DNA of 38,087 nt from Welwitschia mirabilis (Eukaryota). Below are positions 11,000 to 23,725 of this stretch, one piece after another; position 1 is the stretch's first letter; each line of letters begins with the position of its first letter. Location: positions 20,436,862-20,474,948 of the forward strand of contig JBOZIK010000001.1 in the NCBI GenBank assembly GCA_051453625.1, written 5' to 3'. Below the pieces are notes generated by a model. It did not search any database. It saw only the letters and a list, made by a program, of their open reading frames with translations, and had not been told where the DNA came from. The position numbers and the translations under genes are program-made.

Positions 11000-13900
11000 T
11001 AACCATCTAGAATAGCGTTCTACATCAAACGATGGAGTGAACTGCTTACATACTAGGGGTGAAAACACCTTGAAATATCATAACTAACAAAACTTAACTT
11101 AAGCTAGAGAAATAACATAAAGAGTGAAGGATTAGTATCCTCTACATAAAGGAAAAATATTACCATGATTATGTTCTAGTAAGAAGCAGCCCATTTCATG
11201 AGATAACACCTCAAAGGCCTGATTTACCTTTTTGAATTCTTTGGCACCTACTTGATTTTTATTTGAATGCAATCTGAGAGCTTTCTTTTTGTAACTAGAC
11301 TTGATGGCTTATGAAAGGTCTCTATGGAAGATTCCTAAGGTGATAAAGGAGCATCTCTTTAGTTCGTGAATTGTTTAAAGCATGACCTCCTGTTGTGTAG
11401 CATCCATATATATATATATCCTCTTAAGGGTTATGCTATATTTTTGCTAAAGATGAATCTGTGGTTGAATTCTAGGTAGGACAAGAGATCCTTTTTGACT
11501 AAGGGGAGGCTTGGCCATGCTTTCCTTACTTCTGGGTGTCGGTTGATGTATGCTCCTGATCTATCTCCTTAGTTATCTCTTAGGTTGTCTCTTTAACTAT
11601 TTTCTTCTGAGCTAAGGTGAATTCGACTCCTCTATGTGGGAGTTTGGGAGCAAACTCAACCCTCGATGACTAGGACTACTTTGTGCAACATTTCCCTCAA
11701 TTTAAGAAGTTTCTTCCATGGTGGCTCTTCTCTTAAGGGTCTCCTTGATGAAGTATGATACGGATGTCACCGTGGAGGTGGAGAAGGAGCCTTTCTTATT
11801 CTAATCTCATTAGCGGCTCACCAAAGTACCATAATTAATTCAGAATATTTAGTTAAGTCTTTTCGTCAAAGGGCTTGAATAAAAAAAAAGATAAATTCAT
11901 CTAGAGCCCTAGGTCTAGGAATTTGAGAAATGCAAAGTGAATTCCTGAGAGCTTAGAGCAACAATCGAACTGAATGAAATATCAATCAACTAGTTCTATG
12001 CCTAAGCCCCATAGTACCTTCTGACTGATGTGTTTACTAGACAACTTAGGGATACCACAAAGGAAGAAATGAAGCGCTTCTCTCTGTCCTCGGTTTCTAA
12101 GATGGATTCTTTCTCTAGATACAAGGATTTTCAAGAGTTTGGAGAGAGAGTCTTTAGTAATTTCAATGGGAATTCTTCTAAATGTTATGCGTTTTCCTCT
12201 TCAACATCTGTAAAAAGGGGTGATATTGGCCCCTAGATCTTCCCTAAGCTTATGCAAGAGGGTTTTCTATCCTACACTCTGCACTTTATCTCACAGGTCT
12301 AGGCAACCTTCAAGGAGACCAGAGTTAGATGGCTTAACAGCAGGTGTAGCTCCCATTGCAAATCTAATTTAAAAGTTATAATGTTTAATCCTCCTAGCAA
12401 TATGTAAAGGAAATGATAAGAGTGCACTATTAAAAATCAAATAATTTTTTATTCTCTAAATATGTCAATAAGTCAAGTGTATCCCATTATAAGTAGTATC
12501 AGGAATGTGGTAGGTCTAGTAGTACTTCTTCATTATAGCCATTAACTCTTTACTCTAAGTGCCTTGATGAAACAAGTGGTGTACAGTTTCAGGACAAGAC
12601 TGGTAGACAAGATAGGTTGTTTTCACTTGAAAATCCCTATTGCATAGTTGATCTCTAATGAGAACTTTATGATGATCCTTTAGCCAACAAAGCACTTTAA
12701 TATTTTTTTTTGGAATTTGACCCTTTCAATATTTCTTGTAGGAGTCATCATTCGTATATTTCTTTAGAAGCATCTGTTTGGATTAGTCTACTGCTGAGAT
12801 GCTTTCTGAAGTAGGAATATCCCTAATTAGCACTCTAATTTGGATATAAGTGATTAATTAAATTACTCCAAGGTTATCCTCCCTCATTCAATCTTTTCAA
12901 GATTTGATGAACTCCAACAAGGAGGCAGTTCTCTAGTCTCTGAATCCCCCATCCTCTTAATTTTCTTGGATGGGGTATTATCTCCCATTTGTAAAGGTGA
13001 ATTCAGTTTTGGTATTTACCTCTAGACTAGATGATTTCCTTTAAGATCTTGTTAATTTTTTAAATGATATTCTTTGGGGAGGTGATAACAAAAGCTATAT
13101 ATCACAAGAAAGAGATTAAACACGAATTTTTAAGGATAATATTTGCTTTGGATGAGAGAGAATTATTTGATCAAGAGTGGCATCGTCTTTGAATGGACTC
13201 AAGAATGTAGTTCTAAGTGACAGTCTTATGCCAATTCTAAAGGGGAATTCCTAGGTAGATATCCTACAAGTCTCCAAGTTTAATATTTAAAATTCTGGTG
13301 ATTTTGCCCTCCCTAATACTGTTTCTATTCAAGGTGTGAATTTTTGACTTGTTCTAATTGGTATGGAAACTTGTAGCTACTAAAAAGAAGGTTTATGGAA
13401 TTATTGATAGCTCATGTTTTCTAACATGAAGCCTTGCTCATAATGATGGTATCATCTGCATAATGATTATTGATGAGAGTATGACCTCCGATTCTAATTC
13501 TTGTAACTCCATTATTCTTTAAGAAGCCCTATAAAACATTCATAATAAAAAAGAAAAGATATGGAGATAGGGGGGTCCCCTTATCTTAATCATCAATCTA
13601 CTGAAAAAAATTTAACTTATAATTGTTAACATCCATACTAAATTCAGCTAATGCTTATATATCTAGCCAAAGGTTAATGATGTCTTGAGGAAAATTAGTT
13701 TTCCTGAGAATACTTTCTAATTCTTGTCAACTAACTAAATCGTAATCTTTAGAAATATCTAGTTTAGTAAAAAGAAGAGGAAATTTATGTGTTTTAATAG
13801 AATAAATGATCTCATAAGTCAAGAAGATTTAGTCTTAGATATACATAGATTAGATGAAGCCAACTTGATTGTCTAAAATCACCTTGGGCAGCAAGCAGAC

Positions 13901-15445
13901 GATATGGCAAACCATGATTTTTGCGAAGATTCTATAAAGAAAATTGTAAATACCTAAAGGTCTGAAATCCTATAGTTTACTAACATCCCTCTTTTTGGGG
14001 ATAAGAACTAGTTCTATTCATTTCCCTAGAAATTTACTTGTTGTAGAAAACATCCTACATGACATCCTTAAGATTAGCCTCCAATATGAAAAAGTGATAT
14101 TTGAAAAGTTCAACAGGTCATCCATCTAGATTAGAAGCTCTATTATTCTTCATAGACCTCACAGCTAATAGGACTTGATCTCTACTTAAGGGTTTAATAA
14201 GTTGGGAGTTGTCCTCATTGAAAATTATCGTATTCTCTAGAATAAGATGAGGGTCAATATCATCCCATTCCCAAATTTTCATAAGGTGGGCCAACATTTC
14301 ATTGACTATGACCTATTCGTGTTTGGTTATTTGGCCTTTGATAGTAAACCTTATGATTCTATTGTCTAATCTATGTTGATTGGCTTGTTGGGAAAAAAAA
14401 CCTAGTATGCTTATCCCTCTCTTTAAGCCATTTTATCCTTTGATGTTCTCTCTAATAATTTTCCTTATTAGCATGAATTTCTTATAATTCTAATTGACAC
14501 TGATATTCCATATTATGGAGGCTATCTTAGTCTCCTCGCTTCTCCTGCTCAGTCTAGATTCTTTAGACTTCTTCTTTCAGATATGCTTTATACTTAAACC
14601 TTTCTTTTTCTTTCCTTCTTTAATCCTTTATATAGGATTTTAAGGTATTAAAGCCATTGTAAAAGAAAATTATGAGTTGTGTCCTGTCATACTAGGCCCA
14701 TATTTTTTCCATCAATGTTCTAGTTTTTGTCTAGTTAATCTAGTGATATTCCATATGAAATGGAGTTTTCTGGGATGTAATTGCTCCCACTCTAAGTCTG
14801 AGAGGATAGTGATTCAAAGCTATCCTGTTTAAGCCATAGGATTTAATTGGGATCTTGACTAAATCCTTGCCAATGAGAATTCCATCGATCCTGGACATAA
14901 TTAGATTGCTGCCTATCTTTTTATTAGACCAAGTGTATTTGAATCCAACAATATGGACATCTATAAGAGTATTCTGAGTCAAAAAGTATTTTAGGATTAA
15001 CGCTCCTCTGGAATTCTAGTTATCATTCTCTAATTTTTTCCAAGTGATGTATACATTGATTAAAGTTCCCCAAGATGGACCATTTAGATTTATCTATCAT
15101 TATCCACTATAATTTCTCCAAGATAGAAGCTTTATCTTGATTATTTTGAAGAATATATATATATATATCTTTTATAGTACAATCTTTTTTGTTAAGAAAG
15201 ATTATGATGTGATTCTTGCTGCTATTAATTAGATTAGCCTTCTTTTTCATAAAAATCATGAGGCCTCTTGAATAACATTGGATGCATAGGTTTAAAAATT
15301 ACACTACTACCCTAAATGATCTAATTTTGTACCACTTTTTATTTTATTTTGTGTAAACAAATTAAATTAATATTAAACTAACTAATAAGATCTCTTAGGG
15401 TCTTTTTCTTATAGGAGGATCCTAATCCCCTACAATTCCATAAAA
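11000..15445 (-). pseudogene. L1 ORF2 remnant (endonuclease, reverse transcriptase, zf-RVT, possible RNase H-like C-terminus)
   Basis: ORF 14740-14982 LIDVHIVGFKYTWSNKKIGSNLIMSRIDGILI...LNHYPL (FTWSN/SRID/SDH motifs), GDPLSP and YADD motifs, many stops and frameshifts. Confidence 0.85.
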
Positions 15446-15799
15446 GACAATTCATTGGATTTGTTTTCACCTCTTTGTGGTGCTTACCCTTTTTTAAGTA
15501 TTATCTTCAATGGTATCTTGGAAACTATTATCTAGATTCTTTGTTGTTTCCCTTTCTTGAATGGTTCTATTACTGTGTCTTTCCTTAATTTTAATTTCCA
15601 TATCATTATAACTCATTAGTGTTTGGTGGATTCTGAGGTTACTGAGAGTCCTTTTCTTTTATAAGAGGTTGAAAAGGATTATACTCCATTTTCTACACTT
15701 TCTTCTCCTTGCTTTTCTCGGTTTCCTTTAAGAAAATCATAGTACTTTTTACCAAGTTTTCCTTTCTTTATTTATGCCAATATATGCTCTGATTATATC

Positions 15800-16560
15800 T
15801 GATCTTTCCACCAAAAGTATAATTTTCTTTTGTTTTTCTTCAATATTAAATAACCGTTTTCTACATTCTTCTCTTAAATGATCCATTCTATCACAATGGT
15901 AATATTTATTTTTAGAAGAAACACATCTCCTCGAAATGTACCCTGATTTTCCATAAACATTACATGAGACTAGAAGATTCTCATAAGTAACTTTAACATC
16001 ATAGAGACTCCATTTAGAATTTTATAGATTGTATCTCCTTTGTATTATTTAGATTCATTTAAATACAGAACCTAACCAGGAGTAGTCTCTTCTATTTTAT
16101 GGTAATCCTATCGAGCTTGATTAGCTTACCAAACTGGAAAGTAATTTTCCTCAAGAGATCTTCATCCCAAAACTCCAAGGGGAACTTGTGGATGCAAATA
16201 TATATGATTAGCTTCCTAAATAAGTTTGAATCTGATTGTGCCCTTGGCATCCATTTGGCTAGGATAAGACCCTTCACCCAAAGAACTAAGATACTCTCAC
16301 GACAATCTCATCCCTATCTCATTCATTTTCCAACTAGAAAAGCATTAGACATTCTGGTAAAGTAATAACTTCAACTTTACTAACTTTCACCTATTTAGTT
16401 GTTACTCATTCTCTGATCCGATTGAGCTAGGATTTAGGGATAGATGAAATGAACTTTTCAATTAAACCATACTAGAGTTTCTTATCAATCTTAGAGTAAG
16501 CACCTCCATCAATATCTAAAACTAGGATTTTTCCTTCCCTGAAGAACCGAATCTTCTCCA
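15800..16560 (-). pseudogene. L1 ORF1 remnant (DUF4283 plus zinc knuckle)
   Basis: ORF 16092-16277 GLILAKWMP...IHKFPLEFWDEDLLRKITFQFGKLIKLDRIT is the typical plant L1 ORF1 pattern W.P...LP.E.W....L..I....G.....D..T. Cys/His knuckle remnants lie at ~15870-15970. Confidence 0.8.
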
Positions 16561-16924
16561 TTTTGGAGAATGGGCCCCTAAACAAAAAAAAAAAGAAACC
16601 CTAAAATAGATAAAAAATAAGATTTCAAAAAATTCTGTAACTTACTTGTAGATAAACTATCTGGTGACCAAAATCATCCCTGCCTGCCATGACCAAGAAC
16701 TGAAATCTCCTACACTGATCTGCAGCCTTTTAAGCCTCGCTCCCTTCTATGCTCTAGATTCGTCAAATCCTAACAGAGCTCTAAAAAACCTAGCAGAGCT
16801 CCTCCTTCATTTTTTGACTCCAACCATCATGCGACCTTTCTTCTTATAGTAATAATAAATTACATTTCACATGTTAGATCTTTGTTTTCTATTACCTCTT
16901 TCATTGGATTCTTTGAATTTAGAT

Positions 16925-16928
<4 letters not shown>

Positions 16929-16984
<56 letters not shown>
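16929..16984. repeat. (CT)28 microsatellite
   Basis: Perfect CT dinucleotide run at the 5' end of the minus-strand L1. Confidence 0.97.
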
Positions 16985-16987
<3 letters not shown>

Positions 16988-19256
16988 TAATAGTTAGTCT
17001 TATTATTATTATTAACATCCAATAATGTGGGAATAATATCATTCCAAAAGAGTTTGGTATTATCAATTATAAATGTATCTCAAGATTCATTAGTCTTATC
17101 TTAGTTTGTTATGCACATATTAAGATTCTAGTTTACTTTTTCTTTATTTTTTCTTATTGATATTTATATTTATTTTTATTTATTAAGGCATGAGTATGTA
17201 TTTATTTTTCCTTAGTGGGCATACATGTTGGAGGCAACTCCATCCTAAAAGGACAAGATCCTTTATAATGTAATCCTTTAATTTATTCTTTAGTTGTTCA
17301 TAATGCAATTGTAAGGTACTTACTTTTACTGCATCTTTCTTTCTTTTTCTCTACATTAATTGCTACATCTTAATTTAGATAACATGATATTAGGTTAAGT
17401 ATTAGAGTGTTTTTTAAAGTGCATTCATAGTATATAAAAATGGAAATATTCTTGATTAGAATAAATTTAAGGTTAGGTTTTGATGAAGTCTTTTAATCAC
17501 ATTTATCTTCATCTTTTTTCTTATTATAATTATTTCAATCTCAAGAATGCTTCTTTTGAGTGATTTTCAAGTTTAAATTTGTTTTAAATTATCCATTCTT
17601 AAGATATGATAACCTTGTATAATTATATATATTTTTTTCAAATAGTTTTTTGCTTCAGATTTTCCCTTTTTTCCCAATGAATCTAAATAATTTTTTCATT
17701 GGTTTTCACATACTACTATTTCAAGTACTATTATGCATTGAACATACAACCTTTATATTATGAAGAATCATGTTCTACCACTATGCTATAGAGGTATTTT
17801 GACATATTTCTTCATTGTGGGCATATTACTTTTTCATATGATACTATTTAACATATTAGAAAGGCTTGGTATGTTAGCATAGTGCATGTTCAAAAGATCA
17901 AAATTTTTGAAAGGCCTCAATTTAGGTTTTGAGAAATGAAAAATTAAAGGTATTTAAAAAATCATTTGAAAAAATCATAAATTAAAAAATGAGCCAAAAA
18001 GAAAGAGAGAGAAAGAAAGAAAGAGAGAAAAAAGAGAGAGGGACATAGGGAGGAAGAAAAAGGAACTTACCAAAGTGGTATTAATATTTTAGATTCATGA
18101 ACATTGTACATAATATTTTAAGTGTACTTTCACTTCAAGAATGGTGAATTATATAGGTTGTGAAAACTAAGAAGAATACAAATAAAATAGTTTAAACCTC
18201 ACTCTACTTTTTCTACTTTAAAGGATAGGTTTTTTAAGAAATGACAAGGAGCTTCAAAAACCTAAGGGGATGAAATCTAGTGATTTTAAGTATCTAATAT
18301 TAGCATAAGTGCTTCTTATATTAATTAATAATAATGCTAGGAAAATTTAAAATCAATTTTAGATATTGTAGGGAAATTCAAATTGGAAATGATGGTTAAC
18401 TCCTTTTAATAGAAAAAGCAAAACAAAAGTATAGATGACATCTAGAGGGGAGAAATCATAATCCACTTATTCTAAATAAATACTCATTTAAATTGATAGA
18501 TATTAATAATTAGTATTAGTGTACAAAGTGCTATCTTCTTCTATTCTTCTAGTTACAATTGATCATCATCATAAAATGGTACAAATATGTGATATTGTAT
18601 GTGATATAGTTAAGACATTAAAGTAATTTTCAACAAAAAGTTTGATATGAAGGTCATATATCTTCTAAGTAAGATGAATAATCCTCATATGAAATTAAGT
18701 AAGTCCTTGCATGTCATTAATAAACTTAGAATAATTAATAAGATATTTAATGAAGGATATCAATAGTAGTGAATAACATGGACTTTTCTTATTAAAGGTG
18801 CACAAGTTATTTCAGCTTATGATTAGGCCATTACCACTTTATTAGTTAATGGAGAATTGAAGACAATGAACTTTAAAAAGATGATAGTAATTAGAATTAA
18901 CCTTAGTAAATAATATAATTCTTTTATATGGAGCACTGAAGAAGTTACCACTAGAGGGAATAAGAAAAAACTATAGTGATAATGTAAACCAACAACTTTA
19001 TGTTGAAATTCTTCCTTATTTCTTTATATTTTTTCTTACCCTTTCTAATTCTTCTCCCATTTTTCTATTTTCCCTCATATCTTCCCTAATTCCTCTCTCA
19101 CATTTTAAACTACTTCCCTTATTTTGAGATTTAGATTATATAAATTTTATTAATGCTAATGAAACAATAATTTATTTCTCACATTAATCTTTAACTTTAT
19201 GGGCTATTTTTATTTCTCATTATTTGTCCATTACCATGCGTTTATGACATCAATTG

Positions 19257-20308
19257 TGTTAGGATTTTATTTTGCCAATTGATGTCAAACTAATATGATC
19301 TTTATAGAATGAAATGTGATTTTACAGATGCAAGAAACCATAGGATCTATATCCAAAAGATAGCAAGATTTAAACATGTTCTAATTAAGGCCACTTTATG
19401 TGGGGTCGACCGGATCTTTTTGAGGGGTTAACCGGGCTTGTAATGGCTACCTAACATTTCTATAAGGGGGACCTAATAAGCAGACTATCAAATCTGAGCC
19501 AAGAAAGGGCAACCTAACATTTCTATAAGGGCAACCAAATCAAGTGACGTGAATTACTCGGGTCGACTGGATGTTTCGAGGGGTCGATTTGTCAGCATGA
19601 AAGTGGAAATTTTAAAGCGATTTTCTTACNNNNNNNNNNNNNNNNNNNNNNNNNNNNNNNNNNNNNNNNNNNNNNNNNNNNNNNNNNNNNNNNNNNNNNN
19701 NNNNNNNNNNNNNNNNNNNNNNNNNNNNNNNNNNNNNNNNNNNNNNNNNNNNNNNNNNNNNNNNNNNNNNNNNNNNNNNNNNNNNNNNNNNNNNNNNNNN
19801 NNNNNNNNNNNNNNNNNNNNNNNNNNNNNNNNNNNNNNNNNNNNNNNNNNNNNNNNNNNNNNNNNNNNNNNNNNNNNNNNNNNNNNNNNNNNNNNNNNNN
19901 NNNNNNNNNNNNNNNNNNNNNNNNNNNNNNNNNNNNNNNNNNNNNNNNNNNNNNNNNNNNNNNNNNNNNNNNNNNNNNNNAGACTTAACTTGCAAAAGTC
20001 CATTTATGAAGGTTGAGACTTAGCCTGGAAAAGTCCTCTTTATAAGGTTGAAGATTAGCCTTGAAAACCTAGTGCATAGTGATACAATAGAGATTTGGAA
20101 TAGTATTGGTTACTGACTATCTTCTGAGAGTGGAGTAGGATGTATCCTGAACCACTATAAATTTTGTCTTATGCATTTATTTTGGTTTTACTTTTTTATT
20201 TTATTTTGTTAGATATTTTTATGTGATAATTTCTCTATTGGATAGTAACAATTATTTAAAAATTTTCAGAAGTTCTATTAAAGCCCCTCTAGGGTTAATG
20301 ATCCTACA
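19257..20308 (+). repeat. 5' LTR of the SIRE-like element (contains the gap 19630-19980)
   Basis: Starts tgttaggattttattttgccaattgatg, ends gatcctaca, followed by ca and PBS tggtattagaacc. Collinear with 22664-23725. Confidence 0.9.
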
Positions 20309-20695
20309 CATGGTATTAGAACCATATTGAGTCAACACTAAGATTTTAACCAATATTTGACTTAATAACCCTAGTCATGAGTTTTAATGTAGAAGGTTTC
20401 TTTATTTTTAGACCTTCACTATTTTATGGAATAAACTATGGATATTGGAAGGTTAGAATGAGAATATTCTTAAGATCTCTTGATATAGATTATGAGGATA
20501 TAGATTATGCTTTTTGATTTTGCTTTGTTATATCTTATTATGTGATAATTTCTGTATTAGATAGTAACAATTATTTAAAATTTTTAAGAAGTTCTATTCA
20601 GCCCCCTCTAGGGTCAATGATCCTACACATGGTATTAGAGCCAAGTTGAGTTAATACTACGATTTTAACCAATCTTTGACTCAATAACCCTAGCT

Positions 20696-21900
20696 ATGAG
20701 TTTCATTGCAGAAGGTTTCTCTATTTTTAGGCCTCCACTATTTAATGGAACAAACTATGGATATTGGAAGGATAGAATGAGAATATTATTAAGATCTCCT
20801 GATATAGATTATGAGGATATTTTGATCACAGGTTATAGCCATCCTACCATAACTCAAAAGGGTGTAAATGAAAAATCTATAATAGTGTTGAAACAACAAA
20901 ATAGATGGACTAAATTAGATAAAGCTAATGCTAATATTAATGAACATGCTTTGAATGTAATTTTTTGTGCTATGAATGCATATGAGTTTAAGAGAATAGT
21001 GAATTGCCAGACTATCAAGGAAGAATGGGATATTCTTGTTGTTGCTCATGAAGGGACATCCACTATCAAACAAGAAAAGATCTAGATGTTGATTACAAAA
21101 TTTGAAGAGATTAAGATGGATGAGGAAGATACTCTTCAGAATTTATTTACCAATCTAATGGACATTACAAACTAGATTGCAAGCCTTGGAGAAAAGATGG
21201 AGAAAGCCAAGATAGTAAGAAAGGTCTTAAGATTCCTCCCCAATAGATTTGAACCAAAGGTGACTGTAATTAAATAAAGTAAAGATCTCAGCAAGATGCC
21301 ACTAGACGAACTACAAGGTAACTTTCAAACTTATGAGTTAAAATTTTTAAAGAATAGAAAGAAGGGATTTTCTTTTAAAAGAATGCAGGAAGAAAGCTTA
21401 AATGAAAAACTTGAAGAACATGGAATATTATCGTTCATGGTACTTATGAATCCTACTACTCAATCAGCAAAACTCATGGAGCATGATGATTTGAACATGA
21501 GTGAAGATGAAGAAGAGGAGGATGTTGAATGCACATGTCTTGGACTATATCAAGAATGTAAAAGGCTTGCTATAAAAGTGAAATAACTAAAAAGTATCAT
21601 CAAGGATTTGAAAAAGGAGAATGAATTCATAAATCAAAGATGCAAAGAGATTCAAGAAGAAAGCACAAGTCTCACGGAGAAGTTAAGCCAATCTTGACAC
21701 GTATTAAGTAGATTTATAGAAGGATCAAAGAAACTTGAGAAGATGCTTGGATTGGGACAACTTGTGCATGATAAAAAGGGTATTAGATTTGAATGCAATA
21801 GTACATTAACTTCATTTAATGAGGTAAGTATTATAGGTATAACATCTTTACCAGAAATATCACTTGTCATTATTATTGCAAACTCGGTCATTCAAAATTT
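20696..21900 (+). pseudogene. gag: SIRE-type gag (DUF4219 / Retrotran_gag_2 UBN2-like), with premature stops
   Basis: MSFIAEGFSIFRPPLFNGTNYGYWKDRMRILLRS...ALNVIFCAMNAYEFKRIVNCQTIKEEWDILVVAHEGTSTIKQEKI*MLITKFEEIKM...KIVRKVLRFLPNRFEPKVTVI...MPLDELQGNFQTYE...GSKKLEKMLG.GQ...DKKGI.F. Confidence 0.9.
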
Positions 21901-22663
21901 AACTATCCATACATAAGAACTATGTATTTTACAAATATTAATGCATTATCATTTAAATTTATTCCCAAATAAGTTTCTATCCAAAATTCAAGAAAGACCA
22001 TATGGGTTAAAGCTTTTATCCAAGAAAATTTCAATTTTAGTAGTAGGTCATTATTTTGATTAATTGTTGTTTATTATGTTATTTTTATCTAATCTTTAAT
22101 TGTTATAATATGATGTACTTCTTAGAATCATCATTATTATATTTAACTTGTTATTAATTTTTCATCCTAATGGTAATTTATTATGAAGATATATCTACAA
22201 AATTTGAGTATTCTAATGTTTTACTTTATGATTAAATCTCATAGTCATGAACATAGAATCAGTTGGTGTTCTTTTGGAAATTATGAATTATCATCTTATT
22301 TACATACTAGCTTTGGAAACTTTATCATGATTATTATTTATATATATGACATAAAGTTAGGGGTCACCACATGTCTAAGAATTTATAGCTCTTTATCTCT
22401 CTTTCCTTATTCTTTGCCATTGTTGTCAAAGGGGAGAGAATATGGTGTTTTCAAAAATATGCATGAATTGAAAATAATTTGTTTTAGAAATATTTATTCC
22501 TTAGAAGGATAAACATCCTTTACTTAATATTGTTTGTATGGCTTTATGAAAGGAAAAGCTTTTTATTAAGTTAATATTTCTTATTAGAAAGAGCTTAAAG
22601 ATGAAATATTTGTTTGATCTTGAAATTACTTATGTGTTTGCCATTAATGTCAAAGAGGAATAT

Positions 22664-23725
22664 TGTTAGGATTTTATTTTGTCAATTGATATTAAACTAC
22701 TATGATATTTGAAGAATGAAATGTGATTTTACAAATGCAAGAAAATATAGGATGTATATCCAAAAGATAGCAAGATTTGAACATGTCTAATTAAGGCTAC
22801 TTTATGTGGGGTCGATCGGATCTTTTTGAGGGGTCAACCAGAGTTGTAAGGGCTACCTAACATTTCTGTAAGGGCAATATAATAAGTAGACTATCAAATC
22901 TGAGACAAGCAAGGGCAACCTAATATTTCTAGAAGGGAAACTAGATCAAGTGATGTGAGTTACTGGGGTTGACTAGATGTTTCAAGGGGTCGACAGGTTA
23001 GTGCGGAAGTGGAAATTTTAAAGCGATTTTCTAAGAGTTACTTCACCAAATTTATTTGTTGCAAATGTCAGATTCCTTTCCAAACTATCCAATTGGTTAT
23101 ATTTTGGAAAAATCTATAAATAAGAGGCAACACTCAAAAACCCATAGCTGAACATTGAAATGGATTCTTGAAAAGTAAGATTGCACTCTTGATCTGAAGG
23201 GCTTATCTTTGTACTATCATCCTTCTCTTACTCAGCACTTATCTTTCTACCAAATCTAAGCAATAAGGCTCCATTTTTAGTTTTTTACTTAAGTGATCTA
23301 GATCATAGAGGCTTCTTTTTCTTACTTACCATTATGCATTTTCTGAAGGTTGAGACTTAGCCTGTAAAAGTCTGTTGAAGAGGTTGAGAGTTAGCTTGCA
23401 AAAGTCCATTTATGAAGGTTGAGACTTAGCCTGGAAAAGTCCTCTTTATAAGCTTGAAGGTTAGCCTTGAAAACCTTATGCATAGTGATGTAACAGAGAT
23501 TCGGAATAGTCTTGGTTATTGACTATCTTCTGAGAGTGGAGTAGGGTGTATCCTGAACCACTATAAATCTTGTCTTATGCATTTATTTTGATTTTGCTTT
23601 TTTATTTCATTTTGTTATATATTTTTATGTGATAATTTATTTATAGGATAGTAACAATTATTTAAAATTTTTCAAAATTCCTATTCACCAACCCTCCCCC
23701 CCCTTCTAGGGTTAACTATCCTACG
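22664..23725 (+). repeat. 3' LTR of the SIRE-like element
   Basis: Starts tgttaggattttattttgtcaattgata, ends tatcctacg (CA>CG), followed by TSD gattg. TATA-like tataaata at ~23115. Contains four ~35-bp tandem units gaaggttgagacttagcctg(t/g)aaaagtc at ~23345-23475. Confidence 0.92.

Larger units (their letters stand above)
10827..16928 (-). mobile_element. Near full-length degenerate plant L1-clade LINE (~6.1 kb)
   Basis: Minus strand. ORF1 of DUF4283/zinc-knuckle type (~15800-16560), endonuclease (~14700-15440), RT with LR(Q)GDPLSP (~13562-13590) and HYADDTII (~13443-13465), zf-RVT-like stretch (~12090-12290). A short T-run at 10827-10835 is a candidate poly(A) tail. No convincing TSD. Confidence 0.9.
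19257..23725 (+). mobile_element. Non-autonomous SIRE/Maximus (Sirevirus-like) Ty1/Copia element: two ~1.06-kb LTRs, gag only
   Basis: LTRs 19257-20308 and 22664-23725, TSD aattg/gattg, Met-PBS at 20311 and 20630, gag from 20696. Repeated PPT-like motifs tgtcaaaggggagag (~22424) and tgtcaaagaggaa (~22648). C-rich cccctctagg near the LTR ends. No pol motifs seen. Confidence 0.9.

Noticed and set aside
16860..17066. ORF with an RE-repeat protein
   Set aside because: It is a translation of the (CT)28 microsatellite.
19549..20016. Long ORFs spanning N-runs (also 6449-6748 and 35237-35854)
   Set aside because: These are artefacts of translating assembly gaps.
22183..22512. 109-aa ORF as a Sirevirus env-like gene
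   Set aside because: Low-complexity AT-rich translation that runs through a PPT-like motif, with no supporting similarity.
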